Part shown: in pieces, positions 8,438 to 16,727 of the stretch
Numbering within the stretch: position 1 is the stretch's first letter
How the letters are laid out: each line of letters starts with the position of its first letter
DNA from: a virus
Taxonomy: Duplodnaviria; Caudoviricetes
Length of the DNA stretch: 32,603 nucleotides
Strand: one strand, 5' to 3'
IMG/VR virus record: IMGVR_UViG_3300025718_000022
Span: 1-32,603 of that record
Notes under the pieces: model-generated
The model's input: only the letters and a program-made list of their open reading frames with translations
Databases searched by the model: none
What the model was told of the DNA's origin: nothing
Program-made: the position numbers and the translations under genes

Positions 8438-9598
8438 ATGAGTATAGATAGTTTTACTGTATATAAAGATTCAGTAAGTATTAATTTTTATAATAATTCG
8501 GGAGAAAGAAAAGATATATTAGCAGAGGATTGGACACATTACAAAATTCTTGATAAGGTATTAAATTTTATGAAAAAAAGGGGATTCAAAGTAGGCAAAG
8601 ATCCTAGGATTGAAAAAGATTATAAATGCTTGAGTAAAGATCATAGAGCTGGACAAAAATGCGAATTAAGATTTAAAACACATAGATACCCAGCAGGATT
8701 TGGGATTGAATTTTATCAAGAAATAAATACAAAGAATAAAAGTGGTGGTTTTTATGATTTTAATAAATTTAGTATGATGCCCTATTTAATAAAACTAGCA
8801 TTTATTAATGAATCAAATAAAATAGCTGAATTTCTAGAAAAGTTAGGTGTAGAAAATAAAGAAAAGCATGAATATAAACTTGCGGAAGATCAAATTAAAA
8901 ATGATTGGGTAAGTAGTTGCCATTACCCACAAAAAGATATGAATTTTGAATTATCTGATTTAGATGGTACAACATGCGAAGGCAGCTATAACAATACAGA
9001 TAGAGATAAAAAGACCATATTAAATGGACAAATAAAATATTTCAGACATTGGGATGGCAGGCTAATGCGTGGGAAAGTATATCGCAATTTAAATAATATG
9101 TGGTGGGCAATCATAAATGATACTGAAATTAGGAATACAGCTGACTTTGAATTATTTGACCCAACGGATGAAGATTTTAAAATAAGACGTTTTAAAAAAG
9201 GTAAAAACCCAAAGATTTTAACTGGGAATGAAAAAGCTAGACAGTGTTTTAAAGATAAAGGACTTACTTATAACAACATAACTGAGGGTGATATTTGTGT
9301 ACTTGCTATGTTGTTAAATAAAAGCATTAAAACTGCTTGCAAAAATCACGAAATGTCAGTTGATACCATGAGGATGAGTTTAAAAATAAAAAGTAAGTTT
9401 ACAAACAACGGAGAATTAATTGAGTGCTATCTATATGTGAATAGTCATTATTTTACTCAAAGGGAATGTATTAGTTTTAATAAGGATGGGTTTATAGGGT
9501 TTTGTGGATGGGCCGCTGGAGACAATGCAATACCAATACTAAAAGCCTTTTGTAAATGGTGTGATCAATTAACCGATATGGAGGAAAATAATGAATAA
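8438..9598 (+). CDS. Hypothetical phage protein, probably two domains
   Basis: 386-aa ORF with RBS GAGGGG. Confidence 0.8.
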   Translation: MSIDSFTVYKDSVSINFYNNSGERKDILAEDWTHYKILDKVLNFMKKRGFKVGKDPRIEKDYKCLSKDHRAGQKCELRFKTHRYPAGFGIEFYQEINTKNKSGGFYDFNKFSMMPYLIKLAFINESNKIAEFLEKLGVENKEKHEYKLAEDQIKNDWVSSCHYPQKDMNFELSDLDGTTCEGSYNNTDRDKKTILNGQIKYFRHWDGRLMRGKVYRNLNNMWWAIINDTEIRNTADFELFDPTDEDFKIRRFKKGKNPKILTGNEKARQCFKDKGLTYNNITEGDICVLAMLLNKSIKTACKNHEMSVDTMRMSLKIKSKFTNNGELIECYLYVNSHYFTQRECISFNKDGFIGFCGWAAGDNAIPILKAFCKWCDQLTDMEENNE

Positions 9599-9749
9599 AA
9601 AATGCGTTCTATGTGGCTGGAGAAGCGATAAATGTAAAAACCATGACAATATACACTATGACCAATTTAGACATGGAGAGGATAGATGTAGTGGAAATAT
9701 AAAGGCAAAGAAAGCGGAGGTTAAAGATCATGAGCTTTTGGGAAAGTAA
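9591..9749 (+). CDS. 52-aa Cys-rich hypothetical protein
   Basis: RBS GGAGG; MNKKCVLCGWRSDKCKNH...; overlaps both neighbours. Confidence 0.55.
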   Translation: MNKKCVLCGWRSDKCKNHDNIHYDQFRHGEDRCSGNIKAKKAEVKDHELLGK

Positions 9750-10134
9750 AAAAATAAAGAAAACTAGAAAGATACACAGATGTGCATATTGCGGAGGAAT
9801 AATTTCAGTTGGAAGTAGTTGCAACAATGAAGTTGGGACATACGAGGGTGATTTTGATAATTATTATTTAGATAAAAGGTGTATTTCATTTATGGACCTC
9901 TTTACTGATAAATCTGAAACAGAATTAGGTAATTTGGATGATGATTTAGCAAATTCTGACCTATTGGATTGTCCTATATGTGGCAAAAGTAACCATAGTG
10001 AATATGAATTCAAGGAAAATAAACAAAGTTTGAGTTTAGAATGTGATGATTGCGGTAATAGATGGGTATTAGATTTGTCACTTGAAGCTATAGAAAAACT
10101 GAAAATAATGAAACGAGGTGCCAGTAAATGTTAA
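9730..10134 (+). CDS. Double zinc-finger hypothetical protein
   Basis: KTRKIHRCAYCG, CPIC...CDDC; RBS GGAGG. Confidence 0.75.
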   Translation: MSFWESKKIKKTRKIHRCAYCGGIISVGSSCNNEVGTYEGDFDNYYLDKRCISFMDLFTDKSETELGNLDDDLANSDLLDCPICGKSNHSEYEFKENKQSLSLECDDCGNRWVLDLSLEAIEKLKIMKRGASKC

Positions 10135-10316
10135 GTGAGAAAACATTTAAAGAAATGGAAATAAACTATGGGTGTGGTTACTGGGGCATGTGTTATGAGC
10201 ATTCATGTCCTTGTGCAATAGTTACTGAAAATAAAGGGTTGCAAGAAAGTATTTACAATGGATTTGTTAAAGAAAACCGTAAATTACGTGAAGAATACGA
10301 TAAATATGGATTTTAG
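10128..10316 (+). CDS. Cys-rich hypothetical protein
   Basis: RBS GAGGTG; 62 aa. Confidence 0.65.
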   Translation: MLSEKTFKEMEINYGCGYWGMCYEHSCPCAIVTENKGLQESIYNGFVKENRKLREEYDKYGF

Positions 10317-10353
10317 TTAATACAAAATATGAGAAAATAAGGAGGATATTTAG

Positions 10354-10524
10354 TTGTTCTTTGGAGAAATTAAACTGGATTTTTTAGATGGCTTATGCAA
10401 ATGGAAAAACTGCAAAGTCATTGAAATAGATGATAAAGAAATGGATGAATGTAGTTTTAACAATGATTGTGAAAATTGTGGAATGAATACAAAAAGTGAT
10501 AGTTATGATAGCAACAATAATTAG
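10354..10524 (+). CDS. 56-aa Cys-rich hypothetical protein
   Basis: AAGGAGG then TTG; MFFGEIKLDFLDGLCKWKNC...DCENC. Confidence 0.6.
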   Translation: MFFGEIKLDFLDGLCKWKNCKVIEIDDKEMDECSFNNDCENCGMNTKSDSYDSNNN

Positions 10525-10611
10525 TCAAAACATGAAAAAATAAACATATTCGTGAAGTCACAAAAAGGAGTTGTTCGGTAATTCCGGGCAACTGAAAGGT
10601 AAAAAAATATA

Positions 10612-10791
10612 ATGGAAAAAGAAAAACCAATAATAATTAATATACCAGCTGTAGAAACTTGGACTATTACAGACCTTAGATATACTTGCAGAAAAAATAA
10701 AATAAAAGGTTATACAAAAATGAATAGGGACGAGCTAATAATTGAGGTAAATAGTATTATCACAAATAGTTATTCTAAATTCAAAATATGA
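10612..10791 (+). CDS. 59-aa protein with Rho N-terminal-like (HeH) nucleic-acid-binding motif
   Basis: WTITDLRYTCRKNKIKGYTKMNRDELI resembles the Rho_N pattern TxxELKxxAKxxGIKGYSKMxKxELI. Confidence 0.55.
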   Translation: MEKEKPIIINIPAVETWTITDLRYTCRKNKIKGYTKMNRDELIIEVNSIITNSYSKFKI

Positions 10792-10805
10792 AATGAGGTG
10801 CAACA

Positions 10806-10943
10806 ATGAGTTGTAAATGTTCAAAATGCGAGCTTTGTGAAAAACATACCCAATTAAAAAATACACTAATAATCAAAAATAAAATAAATGGTAAGGAACT
10901 AAGAATTTGCAAGAAATGCGGTAAAGAATTTAATTGGATATAG
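10806..10943 (+). CDS. 45-aa zinc-finger peptide
   Basis: RBS GAGGTG; CELC...ICKKCG. Confidence 0.6.
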   Translation: MSCKCSKCELCEKHTQLKNTLIIKNKINGKELRICKKCGKEFNWI

Positions 10944-10998
10944 GTGATTGTTACTACAAAATATGAGAAAAATACGTCATAATCGAAAGGAGTTAATT

Positions 10999-11178
10999 AT
11001 GTTTTTAAGCAGAGAAGAAAGAGCCTTAGTATTGACATATAGGATTCAGAAAGAGAGGGAACTAACACTAATGGGTGGGCATACCTCCTACGATATTGGA
11101 GAAAAAAGAATAAGAAAACTAAAGAAGAAAATAGAAAAAATTGGTGGTAATTCAGATTTAATACTTGACATTAATTAA
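10999..11178 (+). CDS. 59-aa hypothetical protein
   Basis: RBS AAAGGAG precedes the ATG at 10999; the 10948 start in the ORF track lies in a junction repeat. Confidence 0.65.
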   Translation: MFLSREERALVLTYRIQKERELTLMGGHTSYDIGEKRIRKLKKKIEKIGGNSDLILDIN

Positions 11179-11221
11179 GTCACACTTCAATAGTATCATG
11201 TCACATTGAAAGGAGAATATT

Positions 11222-11674
11222 ATGAATAAATTTACTGTTATAAAAAATGAGGATATTGAAAAATACTTAGCCCCAGTAGATGCTAATGACTTAATTCATT
11301 TAATTGAAAGATTGCGAGTATCTAAAGGTTGTAATAGTGGTATTAAAAAAGAAAATAGATATGCAATAATAAATCTTGATGAAGTTTATGCTAAAGAGAT
11401 TATAGAAATAATGAAAAAACATGGGCATTGGGGCGAATTAGTCAATGGGTTAAATGGGAAAATGGACATTGAGAAAGCAAAAAAACTATGTGATGAACAT
11501 GAGATATTATCAAAAACAGTTAGAGTAATAGAAGAGGCAGCAAAAGAAAATCATTGGGTTGCTATAAAAACACCTAGAGGTGAAAGCTCTCTTTCTAACA
11601 ATCAAATAAGAATTGTGTTAGAAGACGCAAGAGAAAGACTTGATGAGATAGAAAAAATAATAAAAAAAGATTAG
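11222..11674 (+). CDS. Hypothetical phage protein
   Basis: RBS AAAGGAG; 150 aa. Confidence 0.75.
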   Translation: MNKFTVIKNEDIEKYLAPVDANDLIHLIERLRVSKGCNSGIKKENRYAIINLDEVYAKEIIEIMKKHGHWGELVNGLNGKMDIEKAKKLCDEHEILSKTVRVIEEAAKENHWVAIKTPRGESSLSNNQIRIVLEDARERLDEIEKIIKKD

Positions 11675-11700
11675 TTGCGCAATTCAAGAAGGAGGTATAT

Positions 11701-12033
11701 ATGAGTAATAGTAATGAATCTAGTGAAGATAAGCAAAAAAGATTAGGGTGTTACATGGGTAGAGGCATTAACAATTGGCGTTGCTATAAAGATTGTGCAT
11801 TTTGGGATGGTAAAAAGTGTACCAACTATGAATTAGAAAAAGAAACGGATATAGGGGTTACATGGCAAGAAGCATTTCAAGCAGGATTAGAAGGTAAAAA
11901 AATAAAGGTATATGGTCAATATTTAACATACCGTAAATTTGAATCTTTGCATTTTGCTTTGGAGTATTTAAGCATAAGACCAAATTATTATAAAGATTTA
12001 TTAAGGAAAGAGTGGTATATCCAAAAATCTTAA
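11701..12033 (+). CDS. Hypothetical phage protein
   Basis: RBS AAGGAGGT; 110 aa. Confidence 0.75.
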   Translation: MSNSNESSEDKQKRLGCYMGRGINNWRCYKDCAFWDGKKCTNYELEKETDIGVTWQEAFQAGLEGKKIKVYGQYLTYRKFESLHFALEYLSIRPNYYKDLLRKEWYIQKS

Positions 12034-12071
12034 AGTTGGATTAAAAAATAGGGTGAAGCAAAGGAGGAGTT

Positions 12072-12236
12072 ATGAAATTTAACATAATAAAGGCTGTAGG
12101 CATGTTCTTAATATTACTTGTATTTTTTACATCAACAATGCTTGGGTTAAAAACAATTTTCACAGGATATAGTTTGTTTATCAGCTATTTAGCTCTTTGC
12201 ATAGGAAGTGTTCTTTTCTCTTATGAAAATAAATAG
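12072..12236 (+). CDS. 54-aa two-TM membrane protein
   Basis: RBS AAGGAGG; MKFNIIKAVGMFLILLVFFTSTMLGLKTIFTGYSLFISYLALCIGSVLFSYENK. Confidence 0.65.
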   Translation: MKFNIIKAVGMFLILLVFFTSTMLGLKTIFTGYSLFISYLALCIGSVLFSYENK

Positions 12237-12271
12237 ATGAGATACAAAAATATTACGAAAGGAGTGATTTT

Positions 12272-12436
12272 ATGATTATAGAAGAAAGTACTGGTAAAGA
12301 AGTAATACTAATAAGAGGATATACGTTAAGTAATAGTAAAGGTGAAGTTATAGCAGAGGTAAAGGATCACTTGCAGTATGTAGATGGAACTCAGTTAGAC
12401 AAACAGCCACCAAATGTTAGGTTGATAGAACAATGA
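12272..12436 (+). CDS. 54-aa hypothetical protein
   Basis: RBS AAAGGAGTG; MIIEESTGKEVILIRGYTL... Confidence 0.65.
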   Translation: MIIEESTGKEVILIRGYTLSNSKGEVIAEVKDHLQYVDGTQLDKQPPNVRLIEQ

Positions 12437-12470
12437 TGTAATACAGCAAAATTGATTAGGAGGGGATTAA

Positions 12471-12725
12471 ATGACTAACGATGAGCTAGAAGAAGCTAAT
12501 AAAATTAAGAAAGAAATAAAAGAATTAGAGTTTTTCATATGGAAGGCTGAGCATGTTTGGACAGGTAAAATAATAAAAAAAGATACAAAATATATTTTTA
12601 AAGCTAATGCTTATGGTGGACTAGAGTCTGCTGAGTATAACATGAATACAGAAATGAAAGACAAAGTTTTAGATGTTTTACGAGACCGTTTAAAAGAATT
12701 AAAAATGAAACTAGAAAATATTTAG
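12471..12725 (+). CDS. Hypothetical phage protein
   Basis: RBS AGGAGG; 84 aa. Confidence 0.75.
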   Translation: MTNDELEEANKIKKEIKELEFFIWKAEHVWTGKIIKKDTKYIFKANAYGGLESAEYNMNTEMKDKVLDVLRDRLKELKMKLENI

Positions 12726-12744
12726 TTGCATAATATAAAGTTAT

Positions 12745-12969
12745 TTATTTGATTGAATTTGTTTCACAAGGAAATTCTATTAAATCAAATAAACAAATAT
12801 CAAGGTCAACACAAATCATATCAAATTTCCTAAGTGGAATTTCACCAACATCTTTATTATTCCACATTCTTAATATATAAAGTTTGCTTAATCTAGTCTT
12901 AGTTTGTAATTCTTTTACAGTGATTATACCTTTGGTTTCACAAATTTGTTTAAGATTACATTTACACAT
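12745..12969 (-). CDS. Small XRE-type (HTH_26-like) regulator, reverse orientation
   Basis: NLKQICETKGI...ELQTKTRLS...FDMICVDLDICLFDLIEF; own RBS AAGGAG and an extended -10 (TGTTACAAT) on the minus strand. Confidence 0.75.
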   Translation of the reverse strand: MCKCNLKQICETKGIITVKELQTKTRLSKLYILRMWNNKDVGEIPLRKFDMICVDLDICLFDLIEFPCETNSIK

Positions 12970-13084
12970 ATATTATCAGCTCCTTATATTTATTGTAACA
13001 GTAAAAGGATAGCAAAAGAAATATATTTTAAAAAGATTAAAATTTCAAAGTTTTTATTGAATATTTCATTATAGTATCTATAAC

Positions 13085-13179
13085 GAGAAAAGAGAGCTCC
13101 GCCTAGTCAACAGGTTGCTCTCTAATCTCTTAAATTCCACAAGGGTATATAGCAATTATACACCTGTATCTCCTTGTGG
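13085..13179 (+). promoter_or_regulatory. Two-hairpin structured region upstream of the tyrosine recombinase
   Basis: AGAGAGC(13091-97)/GCTCTCT(13117-23) and CCACAAGG(13137-44)/CCTTGTGG(13172-79), each with inner stems. Confidence 0.6.
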
Positions 13180-13206
13180 CAAATAAAAATTATAGGAGGC
13201 ACATGA

Positions 13207-14199
13207 ATGTCAATTGCAAATAATGAGGTAATAATTAGGTTAGTTGGTAAATTAACGTTAGAGTTTCCAACAATAGATCAACTTAAGGTTAGACAAATCG
13301 CGGAAGAGGTACTTTATAAATATGATATTGTACCGCAAGAAAATGCATTAGTGGCAAGTGATATTGAGGATAGATTGATAATATATTTAGCTTGTAAAAA
13401 GCTAGATGGACTAAGTGTAGATACACTGAAGAATTATAAAGGAGAATTATTAAGGTTTACAAATTGTCTTATAAAGCCAGTTGCAACCGTAACTACTATG
13501 GACTTAAGGATGTACTTATCGCAAAGATGTAAAAATCTTAGTCCTGGAACCCAAAATACAATGATGTATATTTTAAGATCTTTCTTTTCATGGCTATGTG
13601 ATGAAAAGTATATCCCAGAGGACCCATCTAGAAGATTAAAAGCGACTAAAGAACCTGTTCGATTAAGACAACCTCTTGCAGAAGATGAAATGGAAATATT
13701 TAGACAGGCTTGTATAACAGATAGAGAAAAAGCGTTAACAGAATTTTTATATAGCTCAGCTTGTAGGCTTCATGATGCATATAGCTTAAATATAAGCCAA
13801 GTTGATTGGAACGAATGTACAGCTGTGGTAATCGGTAAAGGTAATAAAGAACGTATAATTTATTTTAGTATCAAAGCAAAAATACTATTACAAAAATATT
13901 TTAAAACAAGAAAAGGCGAAAGTGATGCATTGTTTATAACAGAAAAATTCCCATTTAACAGACTGGGGAAACGTAGCATAGAGCGAGCAATAACAAAAAT
14001 AAATATAAGAAGCGGATTAAAAGTAAATGTATTTCCTCATAAAATGAGGCATACGAAAGCCTCTGATTTAGCAAATGCGGGAGCTCCAATACAGATAATC
14101 CAGGGCATTTTGGGCCATAACAATATTACATCTACAACGATATATGCAAAAACTACAAAAGCTAATATGTTGCATGAATTTAGAAGATTTTCTGCTTAA
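13207..14199 (+). CDS. XerC/D-like tyrosine recombinase
   Basis: SAM-like N-domain; catalytic SACR, GKGNKER, HKMRH, LGH, TTIY all present. Confidence 0.93.
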   Translation: MSIANNEVIIRLVGKLTLEFPTIDQLKVRQIAEEVLYKYDIVPQENALVASDIEDRLIIYLACKKLDGLSVDTLKNYKGELLRFTNCLIKPVATVTTMDLRMYLSQRCKNLSPGTQNTMMYILRSFFSWLCDEKYIPEDPSRRLKATKEPVRLRQPLAEDEMEIFRQACITDREKALTEFLYSSACRLHDAYSLNISQVDWNECTAVVIGKGNKERIIYFSIKAKILLQKYFKTRKGESDALFITEKFPFNRLGKRSIERAITKINIRSGLKVNVFPHKMRHTKASDLANAGAPIQIIQGILGHNNITSTTIYAKTTKANMLHEFRRFSA

Positions 14200-14237
14200 A
14201 CAAATTATTTAAATAACATAATAGGGGGAAAACAAAT

Positions 14238-14753
14238 TTGAACAAAATACAGTTAGAAAAAATACTTAGAGGGTATAAGGTCAATAAATCCATAGTTGAT
14301 ACTACAAATGCAAGAATACAAGCTTATACTGATGCAATGAATAATCCTGAATTGATTGCATCGTGGGGTTATTCAATTAATACAAGAGAACCTGGAATGC
14401 CAGGAGCACCATTAAGGAATACATCATCACCTATTGAACGTGAAATTTGTGATAGTGAATTGACAATTGAAACTATTAAAGAATGGATTGCAGAGGATAG
14501 GAGCAGAATATATAGATATAATTTGCAAACAGACATAATAGAAGGTGCCTTAAAATCACTTACAGAGCAAGAAAAATATATAGTTGAGTTAAAATATTTT
14601 GAAAAGATGTGTTGGAGTAATATAGAATTAAATTTCAATAACCAATTTAAACAGAAAAATGATATATCTAGCGAACAAATAAGAAAGCTAAGTACACAAA
14701 TTTTAGATAGCTTATTAGTGGTAATTTCACCTCTCAAAAGCACATTTATATAA
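14238..14753 (+). CDS. ArpU/RinA-like late transcriptional activator
   Basis: C-terminal ALKSLTEQEKYIVELKYFEKMCWSNI (sigma region-4-like HTH); last early gene, followed by tandem repeats. Confidence 0.75.
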   Translation: MNKIQLEKILRGYKVNKSIVDTTNARIQAYTDAMNNPELIASWGYSINTREPGMPGAPLRNTSSPIEREICDSELTIETIKEWIAEDRSRIYRYNLQTDIIEGALKSLTEQEKYIVELKYFEKMCWSNIELNFNNQFKQKNDISSEQIRKLSTQILDSLLVVISPLKSTFI

Positions 14754-14821
14754 AACTACCTAAAAACTACCTGAAAATTACCTGTAAATTCACTGTTTTA
14801 TCCATTTTAATGATATATAAT
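14752..14821 (+). promoter_or_regulatory. Putative late promoter: four 11-bp direct repeats plus TATAAT
   Basis: AAAACTACCTA/AAAACTACCTG/AAAATTACCTG/TAAATTCACTG (14752-14795); -10 TATAAT at 14816-14821; no canonical -35. Confidence 0.75.
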
Positions 14822-14846
14822 AATATTGTTAGAAAAATATAGAAAC

Positions 14847-14885
14847 AAAAAGGAACTCAAAGCCATGTGCTAAGGGTTCCTTTTT
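14847..14885 (+). terminator. Intrinsic terminator-like hairpin (possibly bidirectional)
   Basis: AAAAAGGAAC...GTTCCTTTTT. Confidence 0.65.
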
Positions 14886-14904
14886 ACGTGAAAGGGGCAA
14901 GGAC

Positions 14905-15129
14905 ATGCAAAGTATTTATACAGGGTATAAATGTATTTCATGTAGATCAGAATTTGTTTTATTAAGTGAAGATATTAAAAAGATGGCTAAAGGTAGATAT
15001 GTAGCATGTCCTTACTGCAGTAGTAAAAAGGTTAAAATTGAAAATTGTAATAATAGTCTAAAAGAGTGTATGGGACATGATGCTTATAAGAAAGTTCATG
15101 GAGCTCTAAGGCAGGTGAGAAATGGGTAA
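14905..15129 (+). CDS. Zinc-ribbon protein
   Basis: YKCISC...ACPYCSS; overlaps the next gene. Confidence 0.75.
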   Translation: MQSIYTGYKCISCRSEFVLLSEDIKKMAKGRYVACPYCSSKKVKIENCNNSLKECMGHDAYKKVHGALRQVRNG

Positions 15130-15745
15130 TACAATGAGACCAATTGAAAATATGGAAGATGTAAAGAGACTACAGTATTATTTTAATTGCAGAAACCCTA
15201 GAGATAAAATGCTATTTCGTTTGATGCTGCAGACAGGATATAGAATTGGAGATATGGTAGGGCTGCTAGTCGGCGATGTAAAAGAGGCCATAGATATAAG
15301 ATGTTTTATCATAAGAGAAAATAAAATAGTAAATATGAAAAAACATTATTGTAGAGAAAAAGGAATAAATTTCATAGAAACTGATGTCATTCCTAGAAAA
15401 GTACCTATACCTTTAGATTTTATAAAAGAGCTAAAAAAATATATAGAAAATAAAAAAGATAATGAGTATATGTTTCCATCAAGAAACACTGGATTTCATA
15501 TATCAGAAGATAGATTTGGAAAGATACTAAGTGAAGCAGGAAAAGAATGTGGCATCAAAGATCATATTTGTAATCATACACTTAGAAAAACGTATGCACT
15601 TAATATTCAAATAATAACTGGTGACATATCAAAAACACAAATGATGTTAGCTCATTCATGCAAAGAAGCTACAGAAAAGTATCTTGGAATTGACATGATA
15701 ATGTTTAAAAACACTATGGATGACTTAAATAAGCGATACAGATAA
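15122..15745 (+). CDS. Short tyrosine recombinase (catalytic domain only)
   Basis: TGYRIGD, HTLRKTYA, LAHS, TEKYLG; 207 aa, no N-terminal core-binding domain. Confidence 0.9.
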   Translation: MGNTMRPIENMEDVKRLQYYFNCRNPRDKMLFRLMLQTGYRIGDMVGLLVGDVKEAIDIRCFIIRENKIVNMKKHYCREKGINFIETDVIPRKVPIPLDFIKELKKYIENKKDNEYMFPSRNTGFHISEDRFGKILSEAGKECGIKDHICNHTLRKTYALNIQIITGDISKTQMMLAHSCKEATEKYLGIDMIMFKNTMDDLNKRYR

Positions 15746-16007
15746 AAAAGTAGTAATTTATATATTTTTTTACCCTAAATACCTTGTTTCTCTTATAATC
15801 GGTACTCAGTCTAAAAAATAAAATCATTACTATTATATGCATTAAAAAAATGAGTAATGGACTCTTAGTATAAGAAGTACGGTGTTTAACAATGCTTACC
15901 TAGTGATTTTATGTATTAAATTACCTAATAAAAATAGCATGTAAAAGATATAAAAAATATCGTAGCACCTAAAATACGAAAGTGCTACGATAATGAGGTG
16001 ATGAAAA

Positions 16008-16493
16008 ATGGAAAGAAGCAACAGTTTTGAAGGAATAATAGAAAGTCACCTAGACCAGATAGAGGCTTGGATTGAAGGCAATAACACAGATAAAGAAATT
16101 GCAATAAAACTTGGAGTTGCATATTCCACTTATAGGAAATATAAAACATCAAATGCAGCACTAAAAGGGCGAATTGCTACGGCAAAAGATAAGAAATCGC
16201 AAGAGGTCGAAAAGGCAGTATATAAAAAGTGTCTTGGATATGAATATACAGAAGAAATCTTGACAAAAGTTAAAGAAGAAGTTCTTGCAGAAGATGGAAA
16301 AACAATACTAGTAAAAGAAAATGTTATTGTAAGTAAAGTTAAAAAGTATTCAGGACCTGACTTAGGAGCACAAAAGTTTTATTTAACTAATAGATCATTT
16401 GCTAACTGGAAATGTGACCCTCATAAAGTAGAGAATGATAAGAAACTTACTAAGATTAAAGAGAAAGAGGTCAATTCAAAGATAGTTGAGTGA
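16008..16493 (+). CDS. HTH DNA-binding protein, small-terminase-like
   Basis: IEAWIEGNNTDKEIAIKLGVAYSTYRKYK HTH; VEKAVYKKCLGYEY and PDLGAQKFYLTNR motifs. Confidence 0.7.
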   Translation: MERSNSFEGIIESHLDQIEAWIEGNNTDKEIAIKLGVAYSTYRKYKTSNAALKGRIATAKDKKSQEVEKAVYKKCLGYEYTEEILTKVKEEVLAEDGKTILVKENVIVSKVKKYSGPDLGAQKFYLTNRSFANWKCDPHKVENDKKLTKIKEKEVNSKIVE

Positions 16494-16511
16494 TAGAGGA
16501 GTGATTAAGAC

Positions 16512-16715
16512 ATGTATAGGTGGAAAATTACAATGGCAAGTAGCAAAGAATATATAGTGTGGAGTGATATGAAAGAAGCATATGATATGAACAAATATGT
16601 ATTTGGTGTTGAAGCAAATGGAATATGTTTAAGTTACCATACCCTTGATAAGACATCGCAACAGGGTGTTACTATTAATAGCAGAATGGTAGAAAGCATT
16701 GAATTAAATTTTTAG
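16512..16715 (+). CDS. Hypothetical protein
   Basis: RBS GAGGAGTG; 67 aa. Confidence 0.7.
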   Translation: MYRWKITMASSKEYIVWSDMKEAYDMNKYVFGVEANGICLSYHTLDKTSQQGVTINSRMVESIELNF

Positions 16716-16727
16716 GAGTGATTATTA

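Noticed and set aside
10314-12739. Junction repeats as a CRISPR array
   Set aside because: Repeats are short and degenerate, separated by whole genes of unequal length; no cas genes.
13207-15745. Tyrosine recombinases as the prophage integrase or as boundaries of a second element
   Set aside because: The serine recombinase sits at the sigK junction, and phage gene order continues unbroken across these genes.
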